From: Dehalococcoidia bacterium UBA6926
Lineage (GTDB): Bacteria; Chloroflexota; Dehalococcoidia; UBA6926
Direction of reading: 5' to 3'
NCBI GenBank assembly: GCA_002450835.1
Contig: DKAM01000030.1
Location: 1 to 61,687 of the forward strand
Length of the DNA stretch: 61,687 nucleotides
The translations under genes and the position numbers were made by a program. Positions 1 to 9,896 of this stretch are shown here, piece by piece (within the stretch, counting starts at the first letter, position 1; every line of letters begins with the position of its first letter). The notes beneath the pieces were generated by a model. It was given only the letters and a program-made list of their open reading frames with translations. It searched no databases and was not told the DNA's origin.

Positions 1-484
1 CTTCGTTGGATGTTCGAACCTCCAGGGTTAACTCATTATTGCCCATTAATTGGTTGCTCTCTACGGCCCCAATGATCATCAATTCACCTATTCCCTCTTT
101 CCGATGACTTTGCCTTACAGCAATACTAACGATGTGGCCTTGATCGATGACGGACCAAATCCCTATATACCCAACGACAAGTTCCGAAGTGGGTTCGATA
201 CTCTCCTCTTCACCTTGAAGGACACGCCAAATAGCTCTAGAAAACTTGTTACGATTGTTTTTTATAGGAACGGGCGCACTCGGTAAGTTATTCGATTCTG
301 ACCATTTGTGATATGGGGTAGTTTCGTCTATTACTACCAAATAGAGAGATAATTTATTCTGTCTCAATTCTTTCTTAAACGGAGGAGAGGAGTTATTTTC
401 TGGAAAGGCTTCTTTATCTATTTGTGTAGCCTGAAATATATCTCCTTCATGCATAGGTCTCAGAAGGTACTTACCTGTATCCAT
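1..484 (-). CDS. rimI: Ribosomal-protein-alanine N-acetyltransferase (RimI-type GNAT), runs off the window edge
   Basis: Not in the ORF track. Manual translation from ATG at 484: MDTGKYLLRPMHEGDIFQATQIDKEAF...LVVGYIGIWSVIDQGHIVSIAVRQSHRKEGIGELMI...LTLEVRTSNE, with RimI motifs (R.M...D, IAV...R..GIG, TLEVR.SN). Confidence 0.85.
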   Translation of the reverse strand, partial: MDTGKYLLRPMHEGDIFQATQIDKEAFPENNSSPPFKKELRQNKLSLYLVVIDETTPYHKWSESNNLPSAPVPIKNNRNKFSRAIWRVLQGEEESIEPTSELVVGYIGIWSVIDQGHIVSIAVRQSHRKEGIGELMIIGAVESNQLMGNNELTLEVRTSNE

Positions 485-613
485 TACTATTATCCCTAAT
501 ATTTTTCATACCAAATTTATTTTTCATATTAAAAATGATCGAGGCCGCATTCTAGCAAATAATGAGATCGTTGTCAGATATACAACTCCTCACAAAGGAT
601 TATAATATCCAAT

Positions 614-2428
614 ATGAAACAAAAAGACAGCCGCTCAGGATTAAAATATAATTTGATAATATTTTTGCGACTGCAAAAATTCTTGCTACCGTATAAATTA
701 GATATGATTTTGGTATACGGTTTTCTAGGCGTATCAAGCGTATTTGTTTTAGTAATACCAGCTTTACTTGGAAAAGCAGTCGATATTATTCAAACTCAGC
801 CAAATCTTGAATCAATCACACTCGTTGCTTTAGGAATAATTGGATCCGGAATTTTAAGAGGTATGGCTTCTTACGGGCAAGCATATTACAGCCAAGCGGT
901 GTCACAGAAAATAGCTTTCGATATTAGGAACCTTCTATACGATCGTTTTCAAAGGCAAAGTTTCTCTTTTTTCGACAAAACTCCCACTGCTGAACTAATG
1001 TCACGAGCCACTGCTGACGTGGAGGCGATAAGGATGTTAATTAGCTTTGCAATATTGCGGATGGTCCAAGTTGCAGTATTGCTCTTAATGGTAACAGGGA
1101 TACTATTTAGTAAAAATTGGCAACTAGCTTTAGTAACCTTAGCAGTCTTGCCGTTTATTGGTTTCCGTACCACAAAAACAAGTAGACGATTACGCCCGAT
1201 TTGGCTCAGTGTACAGGAGGGAATAGCAGCCTTAAGCACAATACTCCAAGAAAATCTTTCTGGAATGAAGGTAGTTAAAGCTTTTGGCCGAGAAACTGAG
1301 CAAACTGAAAAGTTTAATCAGCAAGCGATGGAAGTGTATTCTCGGAATGTTGCTGCAAACGGAGAGCAAGCTGCTAATACGGCCCTTATGACATTTGCGG
1401 TATACATAGCTGCAGGGATACAACTGCTTTACGGGGGTTCGCTCGTAATAGAAGGTACTATATCCGCAGGCGATTTAACCTCATTCATCTTTTATCTACT
1501 GACGATAACCGTATATGTCCGCATGATCGGGTGGTTGGGCAATGTCCTATCTAGAGCCGTTGCCGCTGGGGAAAGAATTTTTGACATATTAGATCTTGAA
1601 CCTGAAATAAGAAACCTCCATACAACATATCCAAATGTTATTAAGAGTGGGAAAATAGAATACGACGACGTTTCATTTAACTATGAAAACGGTACCCCTG
1701 TACTAGAGAAAATTAGTTTCTCTGCAGAGCCAGGTGAAACAATAGCTATTGTAGGTGCTACCGGGAGCGGTAAAAGCACACTAATAAATTTATTATCCAG
1801 ATTTTACGAACCGACTAATGGAGAAATAAGGATAGATGGTACGGACATAAAAAAGGTGCCTCTGGAATCCCTACGGGGAAACATCGGCTTTGTGCAACAA
1901 GAGATATTTTTGTTCTCAACCACCATAAAAGAGAATATAGCTTACGGTAAATCTGACGCCTCCATGGAATCCATCCGGGAGGCTGCCAAATTCGCACAGA
2001 TGGACAAATTTATCTCCAGTTTGCCAAATGGTTACGATAGTATTGTGGGAGAAAGAGGGATAAATTTATCTGGGGGTCAAAGGCAGCGCTTAGCGATAGC
2101 AAGAACCATATTGCTAGATCCTAAAATTGTGATCCTAGACGATTCATTATCGAGTGTGGACACTGAAACAGAAGCATTAATTCAAAATAACCTGAAACAA
2201 ATGATTGAACAGACTACCACGATCATAGTAGCTCAACGAATAGCTAGCATTTATAAAGCCGACAAGATTCTAGTATTAGATAGCGGAAAAATAATTCAAC
2301 AAGGGACACATGCCAACTTGATCAAACAAGACGGCGCCTACAAGAATTTATATCAGCTACAGCTTACTAATCAAAATGGCAATCTTAGTACTGCAGCAGA
2401 TAGTAATATATCGGAGCCATTAAGATGA
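614..2428 (+). CDS. ABC exporter, fused permease/ATPase (MdlA/TmrA-like half of a heterodimer)
   Basis: N-terminal TM domain, Walker A GATGSGKS, LSGGQRQR signature, degenerate Walker B ILDDS. Confidence 0.92.
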   Translation: MKQKDSRSGLKYNLIIFLRLQKFLLPYKLDMILVYGFLGVSSVFVLVIPALLGKAVDIIQTQPNLESITLVALGIIGSGILRGMASYGQAYYSQAVSQKIAFDIRNLLYDRFQRQSFSFFDKTPTAELMSRATADVEAIRMLISFAILRMVQVAVLLLMVTGILFSKNWQLALVTLAVLPFIGFRTTKTSRRLRPIWLSVQEGIAALSTILQENLSGMKVVKAFGRETEQTEKFNQQAMEVYSRNVAANGEQAANTALMTFAVYIAAGIQLLYGGSLVIEGTISAGDLTSFIFYLLTITVYVRMIGWLGNVLSRAVAAGERIFDILDLEPEIRNLHTTYPNVIKSGKIEYDDVSFNYENGTPVLEKISFSAEPGETIAIVGATGSGKSTLINLLSRFYEPTNGEIRIDGTDIKKVPLESLRGNIGFVQQEIFLFSTTIKENIAYGKSDASMESIREAAKFAQMDKFISSLPNGYDSIVGERGINLSGGQRQRLAIARTILLDPKIVILDDSLSSVDTETEALIQNNLKQMIEQTTTIIVAQRIASIYKADKILVLDSGKIIQQGTHANLIKQDGAYKNLYQLQLTNQNGNLSTAADSNISEPLR

Positions 2429-4245
2429 TGATGTCACGAGGAGGAGGTGGACACCAGAACTACGATGGTTGGGACAACAGCGAGCTTGGAAGCGTATACA
2501 ACCATAAAATATTCGTTCGCCTTATTCCTTATATTAAACCCCATAAGATACAAACAAGCTTAGCGTTTTTGGGAATGCTATCTGGTACCTTAACTAACAT
2601 CGCAATACCCCCATTAATAGGATTCATCATCGATGCAGCGATCGCAAGCTCGAGCGTAGCAGATCTCTGGTTTCTGAGCATTTTATTTTTCGGTTGTGTA
2701 ACAATCAATTCCGTTGGCACATATCTCCAAAGTTATTACATAGCTAAGGTAGCGCACTCGATGTTAGTCAGCATTAGAACAGATCTTTTCAGGCATTTAC
2801 AAAAACTTTCCCTGAAGTTTTACGATAGGCAACAGGTTGGTCGATTAATGTCAAGAGTAGTCAGCGATGTTGAACAAATCCAACAGGTAATGACTGGAGG
2901 GATTATAGGAAGTGCTGCAGATATTCTTAGCTTAGTAGGAATTATCCTTGTAATGTTTTCTATGGACTGGAAATTATCGATCGTGTCGCTCAGTGTAGTG
3001 CCCGCCCTCATAATACTTGCCTTCTTCTGGCAAAAAAGAGCACGTGTCGCTTTTCTAGCGGTTCGAAGCGCAATATCTGTCGTTAATGGCACTCTTCAAG
3101 AAAATGTATCCGGTGTGAGAGTTGTTCAAAATATGAATCGAGAACCAGAGAATATGAAAATATTTGAATCAATTAATGGCTCTCACCTTGACGCAAATCT
3201 TAAGGCATCTAGACTTTCCGCAGGAATGTTTCCTTCAGTAGAAATTATTGTAGGGCTCTCTACAGCGCTAGTGGTCAGTTTCGGAGGTTGGCTTGTGATA
3301 GAAGGGACCATGGGAGTAGGAACTCTTGTAGCTTTTGGTCTATTTGTACAGCGATTTTTTGACCCAATAAGGAACTTGACTATGCAATACACAGAACTCC
3401 AGAGAGCTATGGCATCAGGAGTACGGATCTTCGATTTATTCGATACCCAGCCATCCATATTTGACTCACAAACAGCGAGACCGATTAATAACATGAGAGG
3501 CCAGGTTTCGTTTAATAATGTTTCGTTTGGCTACACACAGGAAACTACTGTTTTAGATAAGATCAATATTGATGTGAGTCCAGGGGAAACTATCGCGCTA
3601 GTAGGCCAAACGGGAGCAGGAAAAACAACTTTCGTGAGCCTTATCGCAAGATTCTATGACGTTACGGAAGGACAAATAACAATCGATGGAGTCGACATTA
3701 GAGAAATAACAATGGGAAGTCTAGCCGCTCAAACTGGCATTGTCTTGCAAGAACCATTTTTATTCACAGGATCAGTCGAAGATAACATAAAATTTGGAAA
3801 CCCTTCTGCTACAAAGGACGAGGTGGTTCTTGCAGCCAGAACCGCTGGAATACATGAATTAATATCACAAATGCCCCAAGGTTACCAAACCCTAATACAA
3901 GAACGCGGATCCAATCTGAGTATGGGCCACCAGCAATTAATAAGCATAGCAAGAGCAGTTGTCGCTAATCCACGCTTACTAATTTTGGACGAAGCAACCG
4001 CAAATATAGACACTCAAACAGAAAGAGTAATACAAAGTTCATTAAAGAAACTCCTATCAACGAGAACCTCTTTTGTTATCGCCCATAGGCTTTCTACAAT
4101 TCGCGATGCGGACAGGATCGCGGTATTTGAAGATGGGAAGATATCGGGGCTTGGCACCCACACCGAACTACTCGAGGCTTCAAAGAAGTACAGAGATCTC
4201 CACTCGATGTCTTACCTTTCAGATGAAAGTGCTACATTAACTTAA
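2425..4245 (+). CDS. ABC exporter, fused permease/ATPase (MdlB-like second half)
   Basis: ATGA overlap with the upstream gene; GQTGAGKT, degenerate signature LSMGHQQ, ILDEAT, IAHRLST, as in asymmetric heterodimers. Confidence 0.92.
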   Translation: MMMSRGGGGHQNYDGWDNSELGSVYNHKIFVRLIPYIKPHKIQTSLAFLGMLSGTLTNIAIPPLIGFIIDAAIASSSVADLWFLSILFFGCVTINSVGTYLQSYYIAKVAHSMLVSIRTDLFRHLQKLSLKFYDRQQVGRLMSRVVSDVEQIQQVMTGGIIGSAADILSLVGIILVMFSMDWKLSIVSLSVVPALIILAFFWQKRARVAFLAVRSAISVVNGTLQENVSGVRVVQNMNREPENMKIFESINGSHLDANLKASRLSAGMFPSVEIIVGLSTALVVSFGGWLVIEGTMGVGTLVAFGLFVQRFFDPIRNLTMQYTELQRAMASGVRIFDLFDTQPSIFDSQTARPINNMRGQVSFNNVSFGYTQETTVLDKINIDVSPGETIALVGQTGAGKTTFVSLIARFYDVTEGQITIDGVDIREITMGSLAAQTGIVLQEPFLFTGSVEDNIKFGNPSATKDEVVLAARTAGIHELISQMPQGYQTLIQERGSNLSMGHQQLISIARAVVANPRLLILDEATANIDTQTERVIQSSLKKLLSTRTSFVIAHRLSTIRDADRIAVFEDGKISGLGTHTELLEASKKYRDLHSMSYLSDESATLT

Positions 4246-4293
4246 TTGATTATATTTATTGACCAAAAAAAACTATAATCATATGGAAAGGGA

Positions 4294-5766
4294 ATGATAT
4301 TGGAAACGTCTTACAATAATATTCGTGAGTTCATTTCATTTCTAGAAGAAAATAATGAACTCATAAGAATTACTGAGCCAGTTTCTTGGGATCTGGAAAT
4401 AACGGAAATAGTTCAACGGGTTTTCAAACAAGAAGGCCCTGCTCTACTCTTTGAAAATGTCGCAGATTCAGATATGCCAGTTTTGATTAACGGGTTTGGG
4501 ACGAGAAAAAGAATGAGCTGGGCTCTAGGCGTAGAAGATCTAGACGAAATTGGCGACCGGATCACAAAATTACTTTCTAATGTCCAGGGAGCCCCTCCGG
4601 GCATATTTGAAAAAATAGGTCTTCTAAAAGAATTATTAAGTGTCGCACGAATCGGACCTAAAAAAACAAAGACTGCCCCTTCCCAAGAAACAGTAATACT
4701 AGAAGATGAATTGGACTTAATGCAATTACCAATACTAAAAACATGGCCTTTGGACGGTGGGCGTTATATAACTTTACCCCTTGTCATTACAAAAGACCCT
4801 GAAACCGGTGTGCACAATATTGGAATGTACCGAATGCAAGTTTTCGATAAAAAAACTACAGGAATGCACTGGCAAACCCAAAAGGTTGGTAAACGGCATC
4901 AAGCACTCGAATTAAAAAAAGGTACTCCAAGAATGGAAGTAGCGGTCGCTCTCGGTGCAGACCCAGCCCTTATATGGAGTGCCTCCGCACCTTTGCCGCC
5001 AGATATTAGTGAATATGTTCTTGCTGGGTTCGTGAGAGGCAAGGGTGTACCTGTTACAAAGGGAATAACAGTAGATCTGGATGTTCCTGCAGAAGCTGAA
5101 ATTATTCTAGAAGGGTATGTAGATCCAGAAGAGTCTCGAGAGGAAGGCCCGTTTGGAGATCACACGGGATATTATTCAATTGCGGAACCATATCCAGTCT
5201 TCCATCTCACCGCTATAACTCACAGAAAAAACCCAATTTATCCATCAATAGTAGTGGGAAAACCACCTCAAGAAGATTATTGGCTAGGAAAAGCTACAGA
5301 ACGAATTTTCCTACCAATAATGAAGTTAACAAACCCTGAAATCAAAGATGTTAACATGCCTGCTGAAGGAGTCTTTCACAACCTAATACTTGTATCAATC
5401 GATAAAGAGTACCCTGGGCAAGCACAGAAAGTAGCTCACGCCCTATGGGGATTAGGTTTAATGTCTTTAACGAGAGCAATCGTGCTATTAGATTCAGATG
5501 TTAACCTAAATAATCCTTCAGAAGTGCTATTTCGAATAACGAGTAATACAGACCCCAAACGAGATATATTCTTTTCTGAGGGCCCTCTAGATGATTTAGA
5601 TGTATCCTCTCCAACAAGTTATCTCGGAAGTAAAATAGGAATAGATGCCACCAGAAAGAATAATTCATCAGAAATGGGCTCTAGAATGTGGATGCCAGAT
5701 ATCACCATGGATCAAAAAATTATTGACATCGTTCAACAAAAATGGGACGAATACGGTATAAAATGA
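4294..5766 (+). CDS. ubiD: UbiD-family decarboxylase (menaquinone futalosine pathway, MqnL-type)
   Basis: EGPFGDHTGYY, NIGMYRMQ, GKPPQED, KIGIDAT motifs; followed by ubiA and ubiX homologues. Confidence 0.9.
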   Translation: MILETSYNNIREFISFLEENNELIRITEPVSWDLEITEIVQRVFKQEGPALLFENVADSDMPVLINGFGTRKRMSWALGVEDLDEIGDRITKLLSNVQGAPPGIFEKIGLLKELLSVARIGPKKTKTAPSQETVILEDELDLMQLPILKTWPLDGGRYITLPLVITKDPETGVHNIGMYRMQVFDKKTTGMHWQTQKVGKRHQALELKKGTPRMEVAVALGADPALIWSASAPLPPDISEYVLAGFVRGKGVPVTKGITVDLDVPAEAEIILEGYVDPEESREEGPFGDHTGYYSIAEPYPVFHLTAITHRKNPIYPSIVVGKPPQEDYWLGKATERIFLPIMKLTNPEIKDVNMPAEGVFHNLILVSIDKEYPGQAQKVAHALWGLGLMSLTRAIVLLDSDVNLNNPSEVLFRITSNTDPKRDIFFSEGPLDDLDVSSPTSYLGSKIGIDATRKNNSSEMGSRMWMPDITMDQKIIDIVQQKWDEYGIK

Positions 5767-6653
5767 GTAACCCAGTTAAAATAAATAAACCTTGGTCAAG
5801 TATGGGAAGAATTGGAATTCTCCTTGACTCTATTAGATTTGAGCATTCTGTTTTTGCGCTCCCATTTGCTTATCTAGGAATGATGATGGCGGCTGACGGA
5901 CTCCCAAGTTGGGACAAAGTTTTCTGGATCACTATAGCAATGGTATCTGCCAGAACGCTGGCAATGGGTGCGAATAGATATATCGACAGAGATATAGACG
6001 CTGCAAATCCAAGAACAGCCTTGCGAGCTCTTCCAGCAGGACTAATGAAACCTTCAGATATGGTTTTAATGTGTGTTATAAGCTTTATCGTATTTATATT
6101 TTCAGCATTTATGCTCAACTCTTTAGCTTTCTACCTTTCGCCTGTCGCAGCGTTTATCATAGTTTTCTATTCCTACTCGAAGCGGTTCACTTGGTTAAGC
6201 CACTTCTGGTTGGGCATATCGGACGGCATAGCGCCTGTCGGAGGCTGGATTGCAGTATCTAATACCATAACAATGGATGCAGCTGTATTATGCCTCGCAG
6301 TCTCATCATGGATTGCAGGATTCGATTTGATTTATCAGTGCATGGATCGAGATTTTGATATAAAAAATAACCTCAAGTCCATACCTGCAAATTGGAGCAA
6401 TAAGGTATCCCTCTCGTTGGCGAAATTAATGCACGTTATAACAGTCGCAAGTTTGCTATCTTTAGGATGGACGCTCGATTTATCTCTGTTATACTTTACG
6501 GGTGTGGCAATAGCGTTGTTATTACTCATTTATGAGCATAGCCTAGTTAAAGCTGACGACCTATCTAAGGTCACGGTAGCTTTCTTCAACGTAAATGGGT
6601 ATATAGCGGTAACTATATTCGCTTTTACAGCGGCAGCCATAATAATGAATTAA
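5763..6653 (+). CDS. ubiA: UbiA-family polyprenyltransferase (MqnP-type)
   Basis: IRFEHSVFALPFAY, NRYIDRDIDAANPRT, YSYSKRFT, GFDLIY, FFNVNG; start placed at the ATGA overlap with the ubiD stop. Confidence 0.9.
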   Translation: MSNPVKINKPWSSMGRIGILLDSIRFEHSVFALPFAYLGMMMAADGLPSWDKVFWITIAMVSARTLAMGANRYIDRDIDAANPRTALRALPAGLMKPSDMVLMCVISFIVFIFSAFMLNSLAFYLSPVAAFIIVFYSYSKRFTWLSHFWLGISDGIAPVGGWIAVSNTITMDAAVLCLAVSSWIAGFDLIYQCMDRDFDIKNNLKSIPANWSNKVSLSLAKLMHVITVASLLSLGWTLDLSLLYFTGVAIALLLLIYEHSLVKADDLSKVTVAFFNVNGYIAVTIFAFTAAAIIMN

Positions 6654-6674
6654 ATCTTAAAATGGAGACTGAGC

Positions 6675-7271
6675 ATGCCAACGGTTATCGTGGGAATAAC
6701 GGGTGGAAGTGGCGTCATTATATCCAAAAAGATAGTTGATCTATTGCTGGAGAATGGCATTAGCGTCGCAATGATCTGTTCAAATGCAGCCAAACAAGTA
6801 TGGATGCAAGAAATGAAAGAACCGATCTCCGAGTCTATTAACGAATGGAACCAAAATCCGAATTTCACTCAGTATGCGGTAAACCAAATCGGAGCCCCTA
6901 TCGCCAGCGGTACCCATAATGTAAAAGGGATGATCATAGCACCATGTAGCATGTCAACAGCTGCAGCCATATCCCAAGGCCTCTCTGATAATCTTATTAG
7001 GAGAGCTGCCGATGTTACAATTAAAGAAGGAAGACCTCTCACAATAATGGCAAGAGAAACACCTTTATCAACTATCCATTTAAGAAATTTGAAGGACCTT
7101 TCAGAATTGGGTGTTACGGTCCAAGTACCCGCCCCTGCTTTCTATCTTGATCCGAAATCCATTGATGATATTACTGATTACCTCGCTCGAAAAGCGATAA
7201 CGGCTTTTGTTCCTCAAGAAAATGTACTTTCTGAGGAATTTGAATATACCCAAGGTACTGATGAACAATAA
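6675..7271 (+). CDS. ubiX: UbiX flavin prenyltransferase
   Basis: GITGGSG, IASG, PCSM, NLIRRAADVTIKEGR, RETPLS, PAFY. Confidence 0.92.
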   Translation: MPTVIVGITGGSGVIISKKIVDLLLENGISVAMICSNAAKQVWMQEMKEPISESINEWNQNPNFTQYAVNQIGAPIASGTHNVKGMIIAPCSMSTAAAISQGLSDNLIRRAADVTIKEGRPLTIMARETPLSTIHLRNLKDLSELGVTVQVPAPAFYLDPKSIDDITDYLARKAITAFVPQENVLSEEFEYTQGTDEQ

Positions 7272-7290
7272 AAATATTGGAGGGAAAAAA

Positions 7291-8265
7291 ATGAAAGGAA
7301 AATTTCGTGCAGCAGTATTAGCCCTATTTGGAGGGTTAATTTTGCCTTTTTCGGTTATAGGATGTTCATTATTTGAGGATCCAATAGATTACGATCAACC
7401 CATAAGAATCGGGTTATTACCGATAATCGATAGTGTGCCATTTTATGCGGCAGAAGCTGATGGCCTTTTCGAAGAACAAGGACTCAATGTTCAGTTAGAA
7501 ACCTTCTCTAGCGCCGCTGAGAGAAATGTAGCGCTACAAACAGGAGCCATTGATGCTCAATTGGCTGATTTAATTGCTACTGGGTTACTTAACAACGATG
7601 AGCATTTAGTGCAAATCGTTAAAACGACCTATCGTGCTAATGATCAAAATGGAATGATTGCGTTAATAGCAGGTAAAGACAGTAACGTGAAAACACCTAG
7701 TGATCTTATCGGCAAGGAAGTTGGAATATCTTCTAATTCTTTAATTGAATATCACTTAGACATGTACTTAGATGATGCAGGAATTAATCGGGACGATGTG
7801 GTTAAAGTTGAGGTGGCAAGTATACCCACAAGAATGGAATTGCTTTCTTCCGGACAACTAGAAACAGCCATCCTACCTGAGCCATTAACCACACTCGCAG
7901 TTAAATTCGGCGGGACTATAGTGATTGATGACCAAGATAGCCGGCTCGGTCTAAGCGTCTTAGAATTCAAGAAAGATTTCATAGAGAATCACCCAGGCTT
8001 AGTTGAACTCATAGTTGCAATTCATGATGAATCAATCGGTAATATAAATAGCGATCCATCAAATTATGAGCATCTTCTATCAGAAAAAGCCAGGCTTCCT
8101 GAAGTTTTGCAAGAAACATTCAGAATGCCGCCTTTCCCAGTCGGAGATATTCCAACTGAAGCGGAAATCACAAAATCGAATGACTGGCTTTTATCGAAAG
8201 GTCTAATAGATTCTGCAAGAAGTTATGAGGAAGTAGTAAACACAAGGTTCACGCAGGGAAATTAA
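7291..8265 (+). CDS. ABC importer substrate-binding lipoprotein (SsuA/THI5/NlpA-like)
   Basis: SD GGAGG before ATG 7291; lipobox SVIGC; IRIGLLPIIDSVPFYAA..GLF, AILPEP. Confidence 0.85.
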   Translation: MKGKFRAAVLALFGGLILPFSVIGCSLFEDPIDYDQPIRIGLLPIIDSVPFYAAEADGLFEEQGLNVQLETFSSAAERNVALQTGAIDAQLADLIATGLLNNDEHLVQIVKTTYRANDQNGMIALIAGKDSNVKTPSDLIGKEVGISSNSLIEYHLDMYLDDAGINRDDVVKVEVASIPTRMELLSSGQLETAILPEPLTTLAVKFGGTIVIDDQDSRLGLSVLEFKKDFIENHPGLVELIVAIHDESIGNINSDPSNYEHLLSEKARLPEVLQETFRMPPFPVGDIPTEAEITKSNDWLLSKGLIDSARSYEEVVNTRFTQGN

Positions 8266-8276
8266 AGCGAGAAACG

Positions 8277-9026
8277 ATGGTTTCAGACCAATTGATTGCT
8301 GAGTTCAAGAACGTAAGTTTTAGCTACGTTTCCTCCATGCCGGTGCTGGATGATTTCTCTTGGCAAGTAAATTCCTCTGAATCTTGGTCAATAATCGGAC
8401 CTTCGGGTTGTGGTAAAACAACTCTGATTTACCTATTGACCGGGCTTCTGTTTCCTTCAAAAGGGGAAATAGAAATTGAGGGTAGCCCTTTGAAAGGACC
8501 CAGAGAAACAACAGGGCTGGTTCTACAAGATAGAGGACTACTTCCTTGGGCAACAGTTTCACAGAATATTGCTCTTGGGTTGCAGATAAGGAATTTCAGC
8601 AAAGAACAAATAGAGCAAAAAATCGAATTATGGCTATCAAAACTCGGTATAGAAGAACTAGGTAGCAGATACCCAAATCAAATCTCCGGTGGACAAAGAC
8701 AGAGGGTGGCCCTTGCAAGAACCTTGATTCTAGATCCAGACTTATTGTTGATGGATGAGCCTTTTACAGGCCTAGATGCAATAACTAGGGAGTCCCTATA
8801 CGACGTGTCTTTAGATCTTGGGATCACCGCTGGTTTAAGCTCAATCATAATTACACACGACATAAACGAAGCATTACGGTTGTCAAAGAACATACTAGTG
8901 GTTTCTAATAGCGCTTCAAACAAGCCTATCATAATAAAAAACCCATCAGGAGGTCTCTTAGAATACCCTGAAACCAAAGAATTTCAAAACATGAAAATGC
9001 GGCTTACAGAGGCGATCAAAACATGA
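8277..9026 (+). CDS. ABC importer ATP-binding subunit (TauB/SsuB-like)
   Basis: GPSGCGKT, LLPWATV, ISGGQRQR, LLMDEPF. Confidence 0.9.
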   Translation: MVSDQLIAEFKNVSFSYVSSMPVLDDFSWQVNSSESWSIIGPSGCGKTTLIYLLTGLLFPSKGEIEIEGSPLKGPRETTGLVLQDRGLLPWATVSQNIALGLQIRNFSKEQIEQKIELWLSKLGIEELGSRYPNQISGGQRQRVALARTLILDPDLLLMDEPFTGLDAITRESLYDVSLDLGITAGLSSIIITHDINEALRLSKNILVVSNSASNKPIIIKNPSGGLLEYPETKEFQNMKMRLTEAIKT

Positions 9027-9781
9027 AAACCTCAGGAAAATACCTTGCCATAATTCGACAATTGACAACAGTTAGTATTTTTATGTTGATTTGGTACATT
9101 GCTTCCTATTTGGTGAATTCAAATGTGCTTCCGGATCCAATATCAGTGATACAAACATTCCTCCAAGAACTCGGTAATGGATTAATAGATCATATTATGA
9201 TTAGCTCGTATAGAGTTTTAGTTTCGATAGTAATTAGTGCTTTTATCGGTACTTTAGCAGGTATATTTATAGGGATGAGCCCAAAAGTTTACTCGATATC
9301 TGCTCCTGTAATCTACTTAACGTACCCAATACCCAAAATTGTATTCCTTCCATTAGTTTTACTGTTCTTGGGCCTTGGAGATGTCAGCAAAATATTCTTG
9401 ATAACCTTAATACTATTTTTCCAAGTAGTACTTCTAGTACGAGATAACGTACGAAATGTAAGCCCTGAACTGATACTATCCGTAAAATCGCTCGGAGCAG
9501 GGTGGGTGACGATGATGTCCAAAGTATATTTCCCAGCCGCCCTCCCGGGACTATTTTCAGCATTGCGAATAAGTACTGGAGTCGCGATTGCAGTGCTATT
9601 CTTTGTTGAGAGTTTTGGAACGCAAGAAGGCTTAGGTTACTATATTCTGATTGAATCTTGGGGTAGGTTGGCTTACGAAGAATTGTACTCTGGGGTATTA
9701 GCAATGGCCATACTAGGGTTGGTAATATACTATTCCTTGGATGCCTCAGAACGCTATTTTTGTAAGTGGAATCAACACTAA
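9023..9781 (+). CDS. ABC importer permease (TauC/SsuC-like)
   Basis: PIPKIVFLPL, EAA-like loop SVKSLGA, FPAALP, GLGY; ATGA overlap. Confidence 0.88.
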   Translation: MKTSGKYLAIIRQLTTVSIFMLIWYIASYLVNSNVLPDPISVIQTFLQELGNGLIDHIMISSYRVLVSIVISAFIGTLAGIFIGMSPKVYSISAPVIYLTYPIPKIVFLPLVLLFLGLGDVSKIFLITLILFFQVVLLVRDNVRNVSPELILSVKSLGAGWVTMMSKVYFPAALPGLFSALRISTGVAIAVLFFVESFGTQEGLGYYILIESWGRLAYEELYSGVLAMAILGLVIYYSLDASERYFCKWNQH

Positions 9782-9896
9782 CTACCTAATTTAAGTTCTA
9801 CCGAACTAATCCCCCCGTTTGGGATTCCACGATGTAAGACCCCTTTGATCCTAAACAGCAGGGATCCCTACCAGCATCCGCTAACGACAATCCTGT

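Noticed and set aside
50-286. 78-aa plus-strand ORF
   Set aside because: Antisense shadow of the minus-strand rimI gene
7291-8265. MqnA or MqnD enzyme
   Set aside because: It has a lipoprotein signal and its own ATPase and permease, so it is better read as a transporter binding protein
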